A stretch of 64,000 bases of DNA from Alphaproteobacteria bacterium (lineage in GTDB: Bacteria > Pseudomonadota > Alphaproteobacteria > RF32 > CAG-239): assembly GCA_020025875.1 (NCBI GenBank), contig JAHHRI010000003.1:1103-65102 (forward strand), read 5' to 3'. Of the stretch, positions 37,763-47,788 are shown piece after piece (position 1 is the stretch's first letter; the number at the start of each line of letters is the position of its first letter). The notes under the pieces are model-generated. The model was not told the DNA's origin. It ran no database searches and saw nothing but the letters and a program-made list of their open reading frames with translations. The position numbers and the translations under genes are program-made.

Positions 37763-38899
37763 ATGAAAGAGCTTATTAAAAAAATCGGAGATTTGTCGCT
37801 CCCGCTCATTGTCGGCATTGTCGTTGCTCTGGCTTGGGCCAACATAGACGCTTATTCTTACAACAGTTTTGTATATCACGAGCTGGCGCCGAAAATAAAT
37901 TTTCATTTTCTCATCAACGATGTTTTTCTGGTTTTGTTTTTTGGCTTTGTCAGCATTGAGATCGTTCACGGCATTGCCCCCGGCGGCAATCTCTATCCCA
38001 TCAAAAACACCGTCAGCAATCTGATGGGCGCCCTCGGAGGAATCCTCCTGCCGATAGCCCTTTTCTTTTTTTTCAACACTTTTTGGGGAGCGCCGAGTTA
38101 CCGTAACGGTTGGGCGATTCCGACGGCAACCGATGTGGCCATCTCGCTGCTTTTTGCACAAATCATTTTTGGCAAAAAGCATCCGGCATTTACCTTTTTG
38201 TTGCTGCTCGCCATTGCCGACGATGTTGTCGGTTTAGCCATTATTGCCCTTTTCTATCCCGATCCGGAACTGCCGATCAATCCGCGATGGTTGTCGCTGG
38301 TTTTGGTTGCCATCGTCATTGCGTGGATTTTAAACAAACATAAAGTGCGTAGCTATTGGGCTTATTTGTTCACCGGCATTTTTTCATGGATAGGGCTGCA
38401 CCATGCCAATATGCACCCGTCGCTGGCGCTCATTTTCATCATTCCGTTTATCCCGCACGAAACGTCCCCCGGCAAAGAACGCTGCCAAACCGAACTTGAT
38501 CATTTTGAAAACGACTTCAAACCGGTTGTCGACTACGGCTTGTTCTTTTTCGGCCTCAGCAACGCCGGCGTTGTCTTTTCCAGCATCTCAATATTGACGC
38601 TGATTATCTTTATTTCTCTGCTTGTGGGCAAAACCTTGGGTATCTATCTGATGGTCAAATTTGCCGGTCTGTGCAAATTTAACATCAACAATGCCATCTC
38701 CAACCTTGACCTTTTGCTGATAGGCATGACGGCAGGCATCGGGCTGACGGTTTCCCTGTTTATTTCAGAGATTGCCTATACCGAAGCCGACATCGCCGGC
38801 GCTGCCAAAATGGGCGCGTTGTTCAGCCTGTTTAACGGCTTTATTGCACTGATGGTGGCAAAACTCATCAGAAAAGAACAGGAAATAAAACATATCTAA
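37763..38899 (+). CDS. nhaA: Na+/H+ antiporter NhaA
   Basis: 378 aa, polytopic. Contains the GWAIPTATDVAISL motif (cf. ATDIAF in E. coli) and LAIADDV (the DD pair). Confidence 0.88.
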   Translation: MKELIKKIGDLSLPLIVGIVVALAWANIDAYSYNSFVYHELAPKINFHFLINDVFLVLFFGFVSIEIVHGIAPGGNLYPIKNTVSNLMGALGGILLPIALFFFFNTFWGAPSYRNGWAIPTATDVAISLLFAQIIFGKKHPAFTFLLLLAIADDVVGLAIIALFYPDPELPINPRWLSLVLVAIVIAWILNKHKVRSYWAYLFTGIFSWIGLHHANMHPSLALIFIIPFIPHETSPGKERCQTELDHFENDFKPVVDYGLFFFGLSNAGVVFSSISILTLIIFISLLVGKTLGIYLMVKFAGLCKFNINNAISNLDLLLIGMTAGIGLTVSLFISEIAYTEADIAGAAKMGALFSLFNGFIALMVAKLIRKEQEIKHI

Positions 38900-39050
38900 C
38901 TGTTTTATCCTCATTTGCCGCCTTTTTGAAAACACGCTCCCCGATTAAAGCGTCTTTTTTGGTTGTCGGCAACTTAGTCTGAAAAAATTAACGCTTTATT
39001 TCCTTTTTCATTTTAAAATTCCGCCATTCAAAAATACAAAAGGGATAAAG

Positions 39051-40256
39051 ATGATTTTCATCCGTCACAAGATTTGCATTTTATTTCTGGCAGCCGCCGC
39101 GCTGTTTGCCTTTCCGGCAACGGCTCGGCGCTCGCCTTCAAACATTGTCATCGATGCCAAAACCGGAGAAGTGCTTGTTGCCCATAACCCCAACGCCGTT
39201 CGGCATCCCGCTTCGCTGACCAAACTGATGACTCTGTACATCACTTTTGAGGCTATGGAAAAAGGGCTGATCAAAATGGACGACGAACTCCCCGTATCCT
39301 TTACCGCCGCCAACCGCTCCCCCTCCCGCTTGGGCCTAAAGGCAGGAAGTAAAATCAAAGTAGAAACGGCAATCGATGCGCTGATCATCAAATCGGCCAA
39401 CGACTGCGCCACCGTGTTGGCAGAAGGGCTTGGCTACAGCGAAGCGAAATTTGCCGAAAAAATGACGGAAGTGGCTAAAGCACTCGATATGAAAGACACC
39501 GTTTTTAAAAATGCCTCCGGCTTACCCAACCGCCGGCAGGTCACCACAGCCAGAGATATGGCAACATTGGCGGCCGCCGTTTATTTTCACTTTCCGCAAT
39601 ATTACGACCTATTCTCCCGTCAAAAATTTACTTATGACGGCAAAACATATCACACCCACAACCATCTTTTAAAAAATTTTGAAGGCGCGGATGGGTTAAA
39701 AACCGGCTACATTGCCTCTGCCGGCTTTAACATCGTCACCTCTGCCCAACGGGACGGAGATCGGGTTATTGCCGTTGCCATGGGACACAACAGCCAAAAA
39801 GAGCGTGACCGAACCGTTGCGCGCCTGATGGAACAGGGGTTCGGGAAATTGGCGTTAAACCGCTCAAGCAAAGCAGCTGCCACTTATGTCAAACTGGAAC
39901 ACAGCGATTTTCTGTTTAATGAGCATGAACAAGGCAAAGACAAAAACTCAAACGAAAACAACGCCAAACAAACGGCCCCCGATGCCGTCTGGATGGTACA
40001 AGTCGGCGCCTTTAGCAACTATGCCAAAGCCCGCGTTTATGCACAGAAAGTCCGTCGCGGCTACAATGAGCTCAGCAGCCGCAATGTCCAAGTGGAGCCG
40101 GCGCAAAACAACGCCATTATCGTCTACCGCGCCCAACTGATTCATCTTCGCAAAAGTGACGCACAAACGATATGTAAGGATTTGCAAAAAGAAAACAAAT
40201 CGTGTATGGTCTTTCCCATGGAACACAACATTCAACTGACAATGGCGGAAAAATAA
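39051..40256 (+). CDS. D-alanyl-D-alanine carboxypeptidase (PBP5/6, peptidase S11) fused to a C-terminal SPOR domain
   Basis: 401 aa with a signal peptide. Motifs: SxxK (ASLTK), SxN (KSAND) and KTG (LKTGY). The C-terminal ~80 aa read VWMVQVGAFSNYAKARVYAQKV...AIIVYRAQL.....DAQ.IC..L......C, which is SPOR-like. Confidence 0.85.
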   Translation: MIFIRHKICILFLAAAALFAFPATARRSPSNIVIDAKTGEVLVAHNPNAVRHPASLTKLMTLYITFEAMEKGLIKMDDELPVSFTAANRSPSRLGLKAGSKIKVETAIDALIIKSANDCATVLAEGLGYSEAKFAEKMTEVAKALDMKDTVFKNASGLPNRRQVTTARDMATLAAAVYFHFPQYYDLFSRQKFTYDGKTYHTHNHLLKNFEGADGLKTGYIASAGFNIVTSAQRDGDRVIAVAMGHNSQKERDRTVARLMEQGFGKLALNRSSKAAATYVKLEHSDFLFNEHEQGKDKNSNENNAKQTAPDAVWMVQVGAFSNYAKARVYAQKVRRGYNELSSRNVQVEPAQNNAIIVYRAQLIHLRKSDAQTICKDLQKENKSCMVFPMEHNIQLTMAEK

Positions 40257-40260
40257 GCAA

Positions 40261-41052
40261 ATGACACACAGGGCACATGTAATCGTCGTTAGCAACGAAA
40301 AAGGCGGAACGGGAAAATCGACAATCTCCATGCATTTGGCAATCAAACTGATGCAAGAGGGTTTTCGGGTTGCCGCGGTTGATATGGACGGGCGACAAGG
40401 CACCCTCACCCACTATGCCCAAAACCGCAACCGTTTCTGCAAAGAAAACGGCTTGGCGCTGCCGATTCCCACATTGCTGACGATAGAGCCGACCGAAGAT
40501 CCTGCTTTTTTTGCCGCTCACCGCATACAGGCGGCAGAAAAAATAAAAACATTACTGCCGGATTTTGAAGCGGTTATTATCGACACGCCGGGCAACAAAA
40601 ACTATTTGTTTGAAGAAGCGCACAAATTTGCAGACACTCTGATTACGCCGATTTCCGATAGCCTGATCGACTTAAACGTCATTTCGGAAATAGACTTTAC
40701 TCATCCCGACACCCACCACGCCGGTCGCTATGCGCAATATATTTGGGAAGTTAAGAAATATCTGGCATCTCTAGGCAAGCCGATGCTCAACTGGATTGTT
40801 GTCGGCAACAAAATATCTTCACTCAACTCCCGCAACAAAAAACAAGTTTTCGGCTATTTGGAAAAAGCAGCCAAAAATTACGGCTTTCGCGTTGCTCCGG
40901 CCATTCGTGACCGAGTGATCTATAAAGAATTGTTTTTGCAGGGGCTGACGGTTCTTGATCTCAGCCACCAATCCTTAAAATGTCGCCTGAGTGTTTCCCA
41001 CATCGCCGCCAAGCAAGAAATCAAAAGTTTGGCGGAGTTTATCTGCCCTTAA
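40261..41052 (+). CDS. mipZ: Division-plane positioning ATPase MipZ (ParA/MinD superfamily)
   Basis: 263 aa. HVIVVSNEKGGTGKSTISMHLA, D.D.RQ.T, IIDTPG and RDRVIY.ELF..GLT..DL align along the whole length with Caulobacter MipZ as I remember it. It starts 4 nt after the carboxypeptidase stop. Confidence 0.8.
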   Translation: MTHRAHVIVVSNEKGGTGKSTISMHLAIKLMQEGFRVAAVDMDGRQGTLTHYAQNRNRFCKENGLALPIPTLLTIEPTEDPAFFAAHRIQAAEKIKTLLPDFEAVIIDTPGNKNYLFEEAHKFADTLITPISDSLIDLNVISEIDFTHPDTHHAGRYAQYIWEVKKYLASLGKPMLNWIVVGNKISSLNSRNKKQVFGYLEKAAKNYGFRVAPAIRDRVIYKELFLQGLTVLDLSHQSLKCRLSVSHIAAKQEIKSLAEFICP

Positions 41053-41166
41053 AAGAATCTCCTTTGACAAAATAACAGTTAGTAAAACCAAGCTTTCTCT
41101 TGAGTTGGCGGCAATCGGTGTTAAATTGAAACCTATCATGTCAATACATATTTTTAAGGAGAGATT

Positions 41167-42783
41167 ATGATACAAGTGATTTCAACCACGCCTTACGCAG
41201 ACCAAAAAATGGGAACTGCCGGTTTGCGGAAAAAATCTAAAGTCGTTATGCAGGAACATTATTTTGAAAACTTCCTGCAAAGTATTTTCAACACCATCAA
41301 TCCGGCGGGCAAAACTTTTGTTGTCGGCGGTGACGGACGTTTTTACAACAGCATCGCCATTCAGAAGCTGATTAAAATGGCTGCCGCCAACGGGGTTAAG
41401 AAACTGATTGTCGGGCAAAATGGTTTTCTGTCGACACCGGCCTCGTCTAACATGATCTTAAAACGCCATACCGATGGCGGTTTTGTGCTTTCCGCCTCCC
41501 ATAACCCCGGCGGAGAAAACGGAGACTTCGGCATTAAATTTGCAACCGAGACGGGCGGCCAATGCTCAAGCCAAGTCAGCGATCTCATTTTTGCCAACAG
41601 CAAAACGATTTCCGAGTTCAAAACCGTTGATGCGGCAGATGTCGACCTCAGCCGTCTAGGTATGCAAAAACTTGAAGATATGGAAATAGAAATTGTCGAT
41701 CCGATCAGCGACTATGTCGAATTGATGGAAAAGATTTTCGACTTTTCGTTAATCCGCAAAATGTTTGCCGAGGGCTTCACCATGTGTTTCGATGCCATGA
41801 ACGCGGTAACTGGTCCTTATGCCATCCGCATTTTTGAAGAAATTCTCGGCGCAGCCAAAGGTTCGGTTTTAAATGCCGTTCCCAAACCCGACTTCGGCGG
41901 TTTGCATCCGGATCCCAATTTGGTCTATGCCAAAGAGCTGGTCAATATCATGTATGCCGACAATGCCCCCGATTTTGGCGCAGCCAACGACGGTGACGGT
42001 GACCGCAACATGATCCTCGGCAAAAAGTTTTTTGTTACCCCGAGTGACAGCTTGGCTATTTTGACCGACAACTATCACCTGATTCCGGCTTACAAAGACG
42101 GCATTTTCGGTGTTGCCAAGTCGATGGCAACTTCAACCGCCGTTGCCCGCGTGGCATCTGCACGCAACATCGGCTATTATGAAGTGCCGACTGGTTGGAA
42201 ATATTTTGTCAACCTGATGGATTCCAAGCGCATCACTTTCTGTGGCGAAGAAAGCTTTGGCACCGGCTCCAGCCATATTCGCGAAAAAGACGGCATTTGG
42301 GCTGTTTTGTTCTGGCTGAACATTATTGCCGCAACCGGCAAAAGCGTGGAAGAAATAACCCGTGAACACTGGCAAAAATATGGTCGAAGCTACTATTTGC
42401 GTTTTGATTTTGACGGGATTCCGACAGACACCGCCAACCTGCTGATGAGCGATCTTGAGTCCAAACTGCCCTCACTCAACGGGCAACGGCTCGGCTCTTA
42501 CGAAGTTGACAAAGCAGAGGCCTTTGTTTACAACGATCCGGTTGATCATTCTTCAACCCAAAACGGTCTGCGTATTTTGCTTGCCGACGGTTCGCGTATT
42601 GTCTACCGCTTGTCCGGCACGTCTTCCAGCGGCGCCACTTTGCGCGTTTATATCGAAAAATTTAGCCGCGACAAACTTGACGGCGAACCGCGACAAATGG
42701 TTGATGAACTGTTAAAAATAGCGGCAGAGCTGGCGGAAATTGAAAAACGCACCGGCAAAAAAGAGGCTGACGTAACCACCTAG
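41167..42783 (+). CDS. pgm: Phosphoglucomutase (alpha-D-phosphohexomutase, PGM1-like)
   Basis: 538 aa. Active-site loop LSASHNPGGENGDFGIKF, metal loop DGDGDRNM, sugar loop GEESFG. Confidence 0.92.
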   Translation: MIQVISTTPYADQKMGTAGLRKKSKVVMQEHYFENFLQSIFNTINPAGKTFVVGGDGRFYNSIAIQKLIKMAAANGVKKLIVGQNGFLSTPASSNMILKRHTDGGFVLSASHNPGGENGDFGIKFATETGGQCSSQVSDLIFANSKTISEFKTVDAADVDLSRLGMQKLEDMEIEIVDPISDYVELMEKIFDFSLIRKMFAEGFTMCFDAMNAVTGPYAIRIFEEILGAAKGSVLNAVPKPDFGGLHPDPNLVYAKELVNIMYADNAPDFGAANDGDGDRNMILGKKFFVTPSDSLAILTDNYHLIPAYKDGIFGVAKSMATSTAVARVASARNIGYYEVPTGWKYFVNLMDSKRITFCGEESFGTGSSHIREKDGIWAVLFWLNIIAATGKSVEEITREHWQKYGRSYYLRFDFDGIPTDTANLLMSDLESKLPSLNGQRLGSYEVDKAEAFVYNDPVDHSSTQNGLRILLADGSRIVYRLSGTSSSGATLRVYIEKFSRDKLDGEPRQMVDELLKIAAELAEIEKRTGKKEADVTT

Positions 42784-42797
42784 GACTTTGCCCACCG

Positions 42798-45422
42798 ATG
42801 CTGCAGAACACAAAAATCTCTCGACCGGATCGACTTTTGCAAAAAAGGCTGATCGGCTTGGCGTATTCGCTGGTTGCTCTGACCGCGGCGCTGATCCTTT
42901 CTGTTGTTGTTCCTGAGCATCTGATGTTACTTTTAGGATTAACGGCGGCAATGACCGTGTTTGCGCTCATATTGTCGCTGTTAACTCTAAAAGCGGGCGA
43001 AAAAGCCATCACCTATGGCGGTTTTGCCAACGAAATTGTCCGCCTGAGCAGCCAAGCCAAACGCATTGACAATTCTCTCGGACGCGTTGTTATTGAAAAC
43101 GATCGCGCCAAAGAGCTGTTTGGCGAAAGCAGCATTCTTTCCTTTTTGCAAAGCAGACTATCCCCCGACAATCGTAACAATCTATTGGCTTTTCAACGGT
43201 TGAGGAATGCCTTTCAAAATTTGGCTCGCGAAAAAGTGATTCTCTCTCTTAAACTTGGTTCGGAACCGGAAAACGAAACTTGGTTTGAGGTGATTTTGCG
43301 CCCTTTCAGCTTAAAAAAAACCGATTTGTTTGAAAACTCGCTAACTTTGAAAAAAATCCGCAAAGACACCTTTTTATATTGGAGTTTTTGCGACATCACC
43401 AATCAACACAATCTGGAACAAATTTTCCGCGAAGAACGACGCGGACTTCACGATTTTACCGATGATCTGCCCGTCGGGCTGTATATCTGCGACCACGACC
43501 TGAGCATTGAATATTGCAACCACGCATTTGCCCAAACGCTGGAACTTGACCGCGAACGCCTGATCGGCACCAATTTAAAAGAACTGCTTAGTCCAAACTC
43601 CCCCATTCCCCCTTGCGGCACATGGAGCAAAAGCATACATTTGACGGACAAATACGGAAAAGATAAAGAAGCTTTTGTTTGTCAGGATAGTTTTCGTGAG
43701 AAAAATGAAATCAAAATCCGCGGCGCCGCCGTCTGCAATCTTCCCACGGATGATTTGCTCCGGCAGCAGTTGGGACTGGCTATCGACAAAATCAGCTGGC
43801 TGTTTGATTTTGCCCCCGTCGGCATTGTTTTTATCAACACCGACGGCGTTATCCGCGAATACAACCGACAGGCGGAAAAGTTTTTGCGCCAAGATAACCA
43901 AGAGCTGGTCAATACCAACTTGATGGATCTTGTCAAAAAGTCGGATCGTCATGCCTTGAGTATAGAACTGGACAATATCCGAAGCGGTGCCAAAAAATCT
44001 GCCTCGGCAGAATTGTCCTTGGTCAACGGTCCCAAAATTGCCCTATCCTACATTTCGCCGATGCAAAGTCTTTACGGCAAAGAAGCGGCAAAAGGTTTTG
44101 TCATTTATCTGGTAGATGCCACCGAACAGAAAAATCTGGAAATAAAATTTGCTCAAGCGCAAAAAATGCAGGCCATGGGGCAACTTGCCGGCGGTGTCGC
44201 TCACGACTTCAACAATCTTCTGACCGCGGTGATCGGCTTTTGCGATTTGTTGTTGCAGCGTCACGGGATCGGCGACCCTTCATTTGCCGACCTCATCCAA
44301 ATTAAGAATAACGCCAACCGCGCCGCCGGTTTGGTGCGGCAATTACTGGCCTTTTCCCGCAAGCAACCGCTGCAACCCAAACTTATCGACGTGACCGAAA
44401 ACTTCATGGAATTGAGCCAGATGCTCAACAGAGTTCTCGGCGAAAAGGTTAATTTGAAGTTTCACCACGGAGCGGATCTCGGTTATATTCGGGTAGATCC
44501 CGTTCAGTTTTCGCAAGTTATCATCAATCTGGCGGTCAATGCCAAAGATGCCATGGACGGCAGCGGCACACTGACCATCACCACCCGAACAGAAAAAATA
44601 ATTCACCCACAGCCCTTCGGCGAAGAAACCATAAAACCCGGAGAATTTGTGGTAATCGAAGTTTCCGACACCGGATGCGGCATTGCGGAAGAAAACCAAA
44701 ATCGCATTTTTGAACCTTTCTTCTCCACCAAGCAAAATGTTGTCGGCTCCGGCACCGGATTGGGGCTGGCCATGGTCTACGGCATTGTCCGCCAAACCGA
44801 AGGCTTTATCCGTGTCAACAGCAAAGTCGGCGAAGGCACCACCTTTTTAATCCACCTGCCGCGCTTTGAACACAATACCGAAACAGACAACAAAGAAAAT
44901 GTAACCCACCGCTCTGAAGTAACCGCTGCCGACGGTTCTCCCGTGATGACGGTGCGCGAACAAAACACAACTTCTCTGCCGATAAACCAGAAATTTATCT
45001 TTGGTTTAAATGCGGAGGCCATTGACAAAAACCTTGATAACAACGGCGTTCATGCCGGCATCCGCATTCTCTTTGTCGAAGACGAAGATTCGGTTCGGAG
45101 CTTTGCCGTCCGCGCCTTAAAGAAAAAGGGTTACGAAGTTGTCGGTTGCAATTCTGCCGAAAATGCGCTGGAACAACTGGAAAAAGAACGCAACTTTCAT
45201 TTGCTGGTCACGGATATGGTCATGCCGGGGTTAAACGGCATTGAACTGTCCAGACGGGTAAAGGAATTGATCCCCGACATTAAGATTATTCTTGCCTCGG
45301 GTTATTCGGAAGAAATTGCCAAACATGAACTTTCTGCCGCCGACCGAGTTGAGTTTATGTCCAAGCCGTTCAGCTTGGGAGATCTGACCAAAAAGATATT
45401 TGATGTGTTGAATAAGGAATAA
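42798..45422 (+). CDS. cckA: Hybrid sensor histidine kinase/response regulator, CckA-like
   Basis: 874 aa. Two N-terminal TM helices, PAS-like repeats, DHp GGVAHDFNNLLTAVIGF, CA (N-box NLAVNAKDAM, G-boxes DTGCGI and GSGTGLGL) and a C-terminal receiver (ILFVEDE...TDMVMPG..G...SKPF). The architecture and DHp box match CckA. Orthology is inferred, not proven. Confidence 0.65.
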   Translation: MLQNTKISRPDRLLQKRLIGLAYSLVALTAALILSVVVPEHLMLLLGLTAAMTVFALILSLLTLKAGEKAITYGGFANEIVRLSSQAKRIDNSLGRVVIENDRAKELFGESSILSFLQSRLSPDNRNNLLAFQRLRNAFQNLAREKVILSLKLGSEPENETWFEVILRPFSLKKTDLFENSLTLKKIRKDTFLYWSFCDITNQHNLEQIFREERRGLHDFTDDLPVGLYICDHDLSIEYCNHAFAQTLELDRERLIGTNLKELLSPNSPIPPCGTWSKSIHLTDKYGKDKEAFVCQDSFREKNEIKIRGAAVCNLPTDDLLRQQLGLAIDKISWLFDFAPVGIVFINTDGVIREYNRQAEKFLRQDNQELVNTNLMDLVKKSDRHALSIELDNIRSGAKKSASAELSLVNGPKIALSYISPMQSLYGKEAAKGFVIYLVDATEQKNLEIKFAQAQKMQAMGQLAGGVAHDFNNLLTAVIGFCDLLLQRHGIGDPSFADLIQIKNNANRAAGLVRQLLAFSRKQPLQPKLIDVTENFMELSQMLNRVLGEKVNLKFHHGADLGYIRVDPVQFSQVIINLAVNAKDAMDGSGTLTITTRTEKIIHPQPFGEETIKPGEFVVIEVSDTGCGIAEENQNRIFEPFFSTKQNVVGSGTGLGLAMVYGIVRQTEGFIRVNSKVGEGTTFLIHLPRFEHNTETDNKENVTHRSEVTAADGSPVMTVREQNTTSLPINQKFIFGLNAEAIDKNLDNNGVHAGIRILFVEDEDSVRSFAVRALKKKGYEVVGCNSAENALEQLEKERNFHLLVTDMVMPGLNGIELSRRVKELIPDIKIILASGYSEEIAKHELSAADRVEFMSKPFSLGDLTKKIFDVLNKE

Positions 45423-45428
45423 GCAATC

Positions 45429-46148
45429 ATGACCGGCAAAAATCAACTGTCTTTAGAATTTCCTCACCGCCCTTACATGGACAGGGAAGACTTTATCGTT
45501 TCGCCCTGCAATGCCGAGGCCTTTGCCGCGGTTGACCAGTGGCCGCAATGGCCTTTTTTTGCCCTTTGTGTTTATGGTCCGGAAAATTGCGGCAAAACGC
45601 ATCTCACACACATTTTTTCAGACAAAGTATCCGTGCTCACACGCTATCCGTACCAAATTCCGCGGATAGAAGCCGCTAAAGTAACGCTTGAACTTCCGCC
45701 GCTGCTGTTTGAGCATCACCGCTGTTTAGTCGTGGAAAACCTAAGCGAAGACATCGACGAAGAAGCGCTGTTTCATCTCTACAATCTTTACCTTAACGAA
45801 GGCGGCAATATTTTGTTTACGGCCCGACGCGCACCGGCGCGGCTCGATATTCGCCTACCCGACCTGCGCTCTCGGCTAAACATTGTCCCCTCAATCGAAA
45901 TTTCCGAACCCGATGACAAGCTGCTTTCGGCGCTTATTATCAAGCTTTTTATGGATCGGCAGATCACCATTTCGCTTGACATCGTCAACTATATATTGGT
46001 AAATATGCAACGCTCTTTCGCCTATGCGGAAAAATTGGTCAATGAAATCGACAACATCTCATTGGCATACAAGCGCGCCGTTTCCGTTGCCATTGTTAAA
46101 GAAGCAATCGCGGAATTAAACAACAATCCTCAAGGGGAATTGTTCTAG
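45429..46148 (+). CDS. hdaA: DnaA-related regulatory inactivator HdaA
   Basis: 239 aa. QLSLEF at the N-terminus, AAA+ Walker A-like YGPENCGKTHL, and VVENL (Walker B-like). The size and layout fit Hda/HdaA. It starts 6 nt after the kinase stop. Confidence 0.75.
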   Translation: MTGKNQLSLEFPHRPYMDREDFIVSPCNAEAFAAVDQWPQWPFFALCVYGPENCGKTHLTHIFSDKVSVLTRYPYQIPRIEAAKVTLELPPLLFEHHRCLVVENLSEDIDEEALFHLYNLYLNEGGNILFTARRAPARLDIRLPDLRSRLNIVPSIEISEPDDKLLSALIIKLFMDRQITISLDIVNYILVNMQRSFAYAEKLVNEIDNISLAYKRAVSVAIVKEAIAELNNNPQGELF

Positions 46149-46186
46149 CTGTCCACAATCATTGAACTTCTGAAGGATCTCATCAA

Positions 46187-47788
46187 ATGCTTTTACTCAA
46201 ACTACCGCAATATTTCTGGCAGCTTTCCTCTGCCCGCTTCAGTTTTGTTTACACTCTGTTTATGATGGCGGCGTACAACCTCCCGTTTATAAATGCCGTT
46301 TATCGGGCAAACGGCCTGACCGCAAGCTTTGTGCTTATCATTATCTTTGCTTTTGCCGTGTTGCATATTGCCGTTTCGTTGCTTTTTCTGCGCCCGCTCG
46401 CCAAGCCGCTGGCAATCACTTTTTGCTTGCTAAACGCTTCCGTTCTCTATTTTATGAATGCTTACGGGGTGATTATCGACAAAATTATGTTGATGAATGT
46501 GATCCAGACAGATATGTACGAAGTGGCAGATTTGCTCAATGTTAAAATGATTTTGTACCTGACGATGCTGGGTATTGTTCCCGCCTATCTGATTTATAAA
46601 ACACGGATTGTTTTCAAACCGCTTAAATCGGATATGGCAAGCAAACTTGCCGGCATACTCGTTTCGGCGCTTGTCGCCGCCGGCATCATTGGCGCCGGAT
46701 TGTTGTATGAGCCCGAAATGTTAAAAAAACAAAAGTATTTGAAAAACGCGCTGATCCCCGTCAACTACATCGGCGCAATCATTTCCGTTACTAAAATAAA
46801 AGCCAAATATTGGGGCATAGAACTGAAAAAAATTTCCGACAACGCCTATATGCTGCCGCCAAAAGAAGGAAGTAAACCGTCGCTGATTGTGCTCGTTATC
46901 GGAGAATCGGCCAGAGATGCCAGTTTTTCTCTCTCCGGTTACGAACGGCCAACCAATAAACCTCTTGAAAAATATGCCGACGAGCTGATCTATTTTGACA
47001 ATTTCTATTCCTGCGGAACGGCAACAGCAATCTCCGTGCCCTGTATTTTCTCCCCCGATCCTCGCAAAAAATTTGAGCCGGAAAGCGAAAAATATACCGA
47101 AAACGTGCTGAATATTCTGGATGCTGCCGGCTACAAACTGCTTTGGCGAGAAAACAATACGGACTGCAAAGACAACTGCAACCGCATTGAACAAGAACGC
47201 TTTTGCAATGTCAAAGAATGTCCTGACGAAATTTTGCTGAGAGACTTTGCCGCCAAAGTCAAAAGCACCAACCGTCCGACGGTGGTCGTTTTGCATCAAC
47301 GCGGCAGCCACGGACCGCTTTATGCGCTCCGCTATCCCAAAGAGTTTGAAATCTACAGCCCTGTCTGCCGTCGAGAATTTCTCCAAGACTGCACGCTTGA
47401 GGAACTTCAAAACACCTACGACAACACCATCTACTACACATCATATATGCTGGCTCGCACCATTGAGGAATTAAAAGCTTTATCCGATGAATATGACACA
47501 GCCTTTTTCTTTGCCTCTGACCATGGGGAATCGCTTGGCGAAGATGGTGTTTATCTACACTCTGCTCCGTATGACAGCGCTCCCGATGTGCAAAAGCATA
47601 TCCCCGCCATACTCTGGTTTTCCGAAGGGTTTGCCGAGGCAAACGGGGTAGATGCCGACTGCGTGCGCCGGATCAAATCCAAAGCCTTTTCGCACGACAA
47701 CATTTTCCACACCCTGCTGGGCATGAGCCGAGTGGCAACACCGTTTTACGACTCTCGGTTAGACATTCTCGCCCGTTGCCGAAAATGA
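46187..47788 (+). CDS. eptA: Phosphoethanolamine transferase (EptA/MCR family)
   Basis: 533 aa. Five N-terminal TM helices and a sulfatase-type domain with VIGESAR, GYERPTN, the nucleophile context SCGTATAISVPC, and DHGESLGE. Confidence 0.85.
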   Translation: MLLLKLPQYFWQLSSARFSFVYTLFMMAAYNLPFINAVYRANGLTASFVLIIIFAFAVLHIAVSLLFLRPLAKPLAITFCLLNASVLYFMNAYGVIIDKIMLMNVIQTDMYEVADLLNVKMILYLTMLGIVPAYLIYKTRIVFKPLKSDMASKLAGILVSALVAAGIIGAGLLYEPEMLKKQKYLKNALIPVNYIGAIISVTKIKAKYWGIELKKISDNAYMLPPKEGSKPSLIVLVIGESARDASFSLSGYERPTNKPLEKYADELIYFDNFYSCGTATAISVPCIFSPDPRKKFEPESEKYTENVLNILDAAGYKLLWRENNTDCKDNCNRIEQERFCNVKECPDEILLRDFAAKVKSTNRPTVVVLHQRGSHGPLYALRYPKEFEIYSPVCRREFLQDCTLEELQNTYDNTIYYTSYMLARTIEELKALSDEYDTAFFFASDHGESLGEDGVYLHSAPYDSAPDVQKHIPAILWFSEGFAEANGVDADCVRRIKSKAFSHDNIFHTLLGMSRVATPFYDSRLDILARCRK

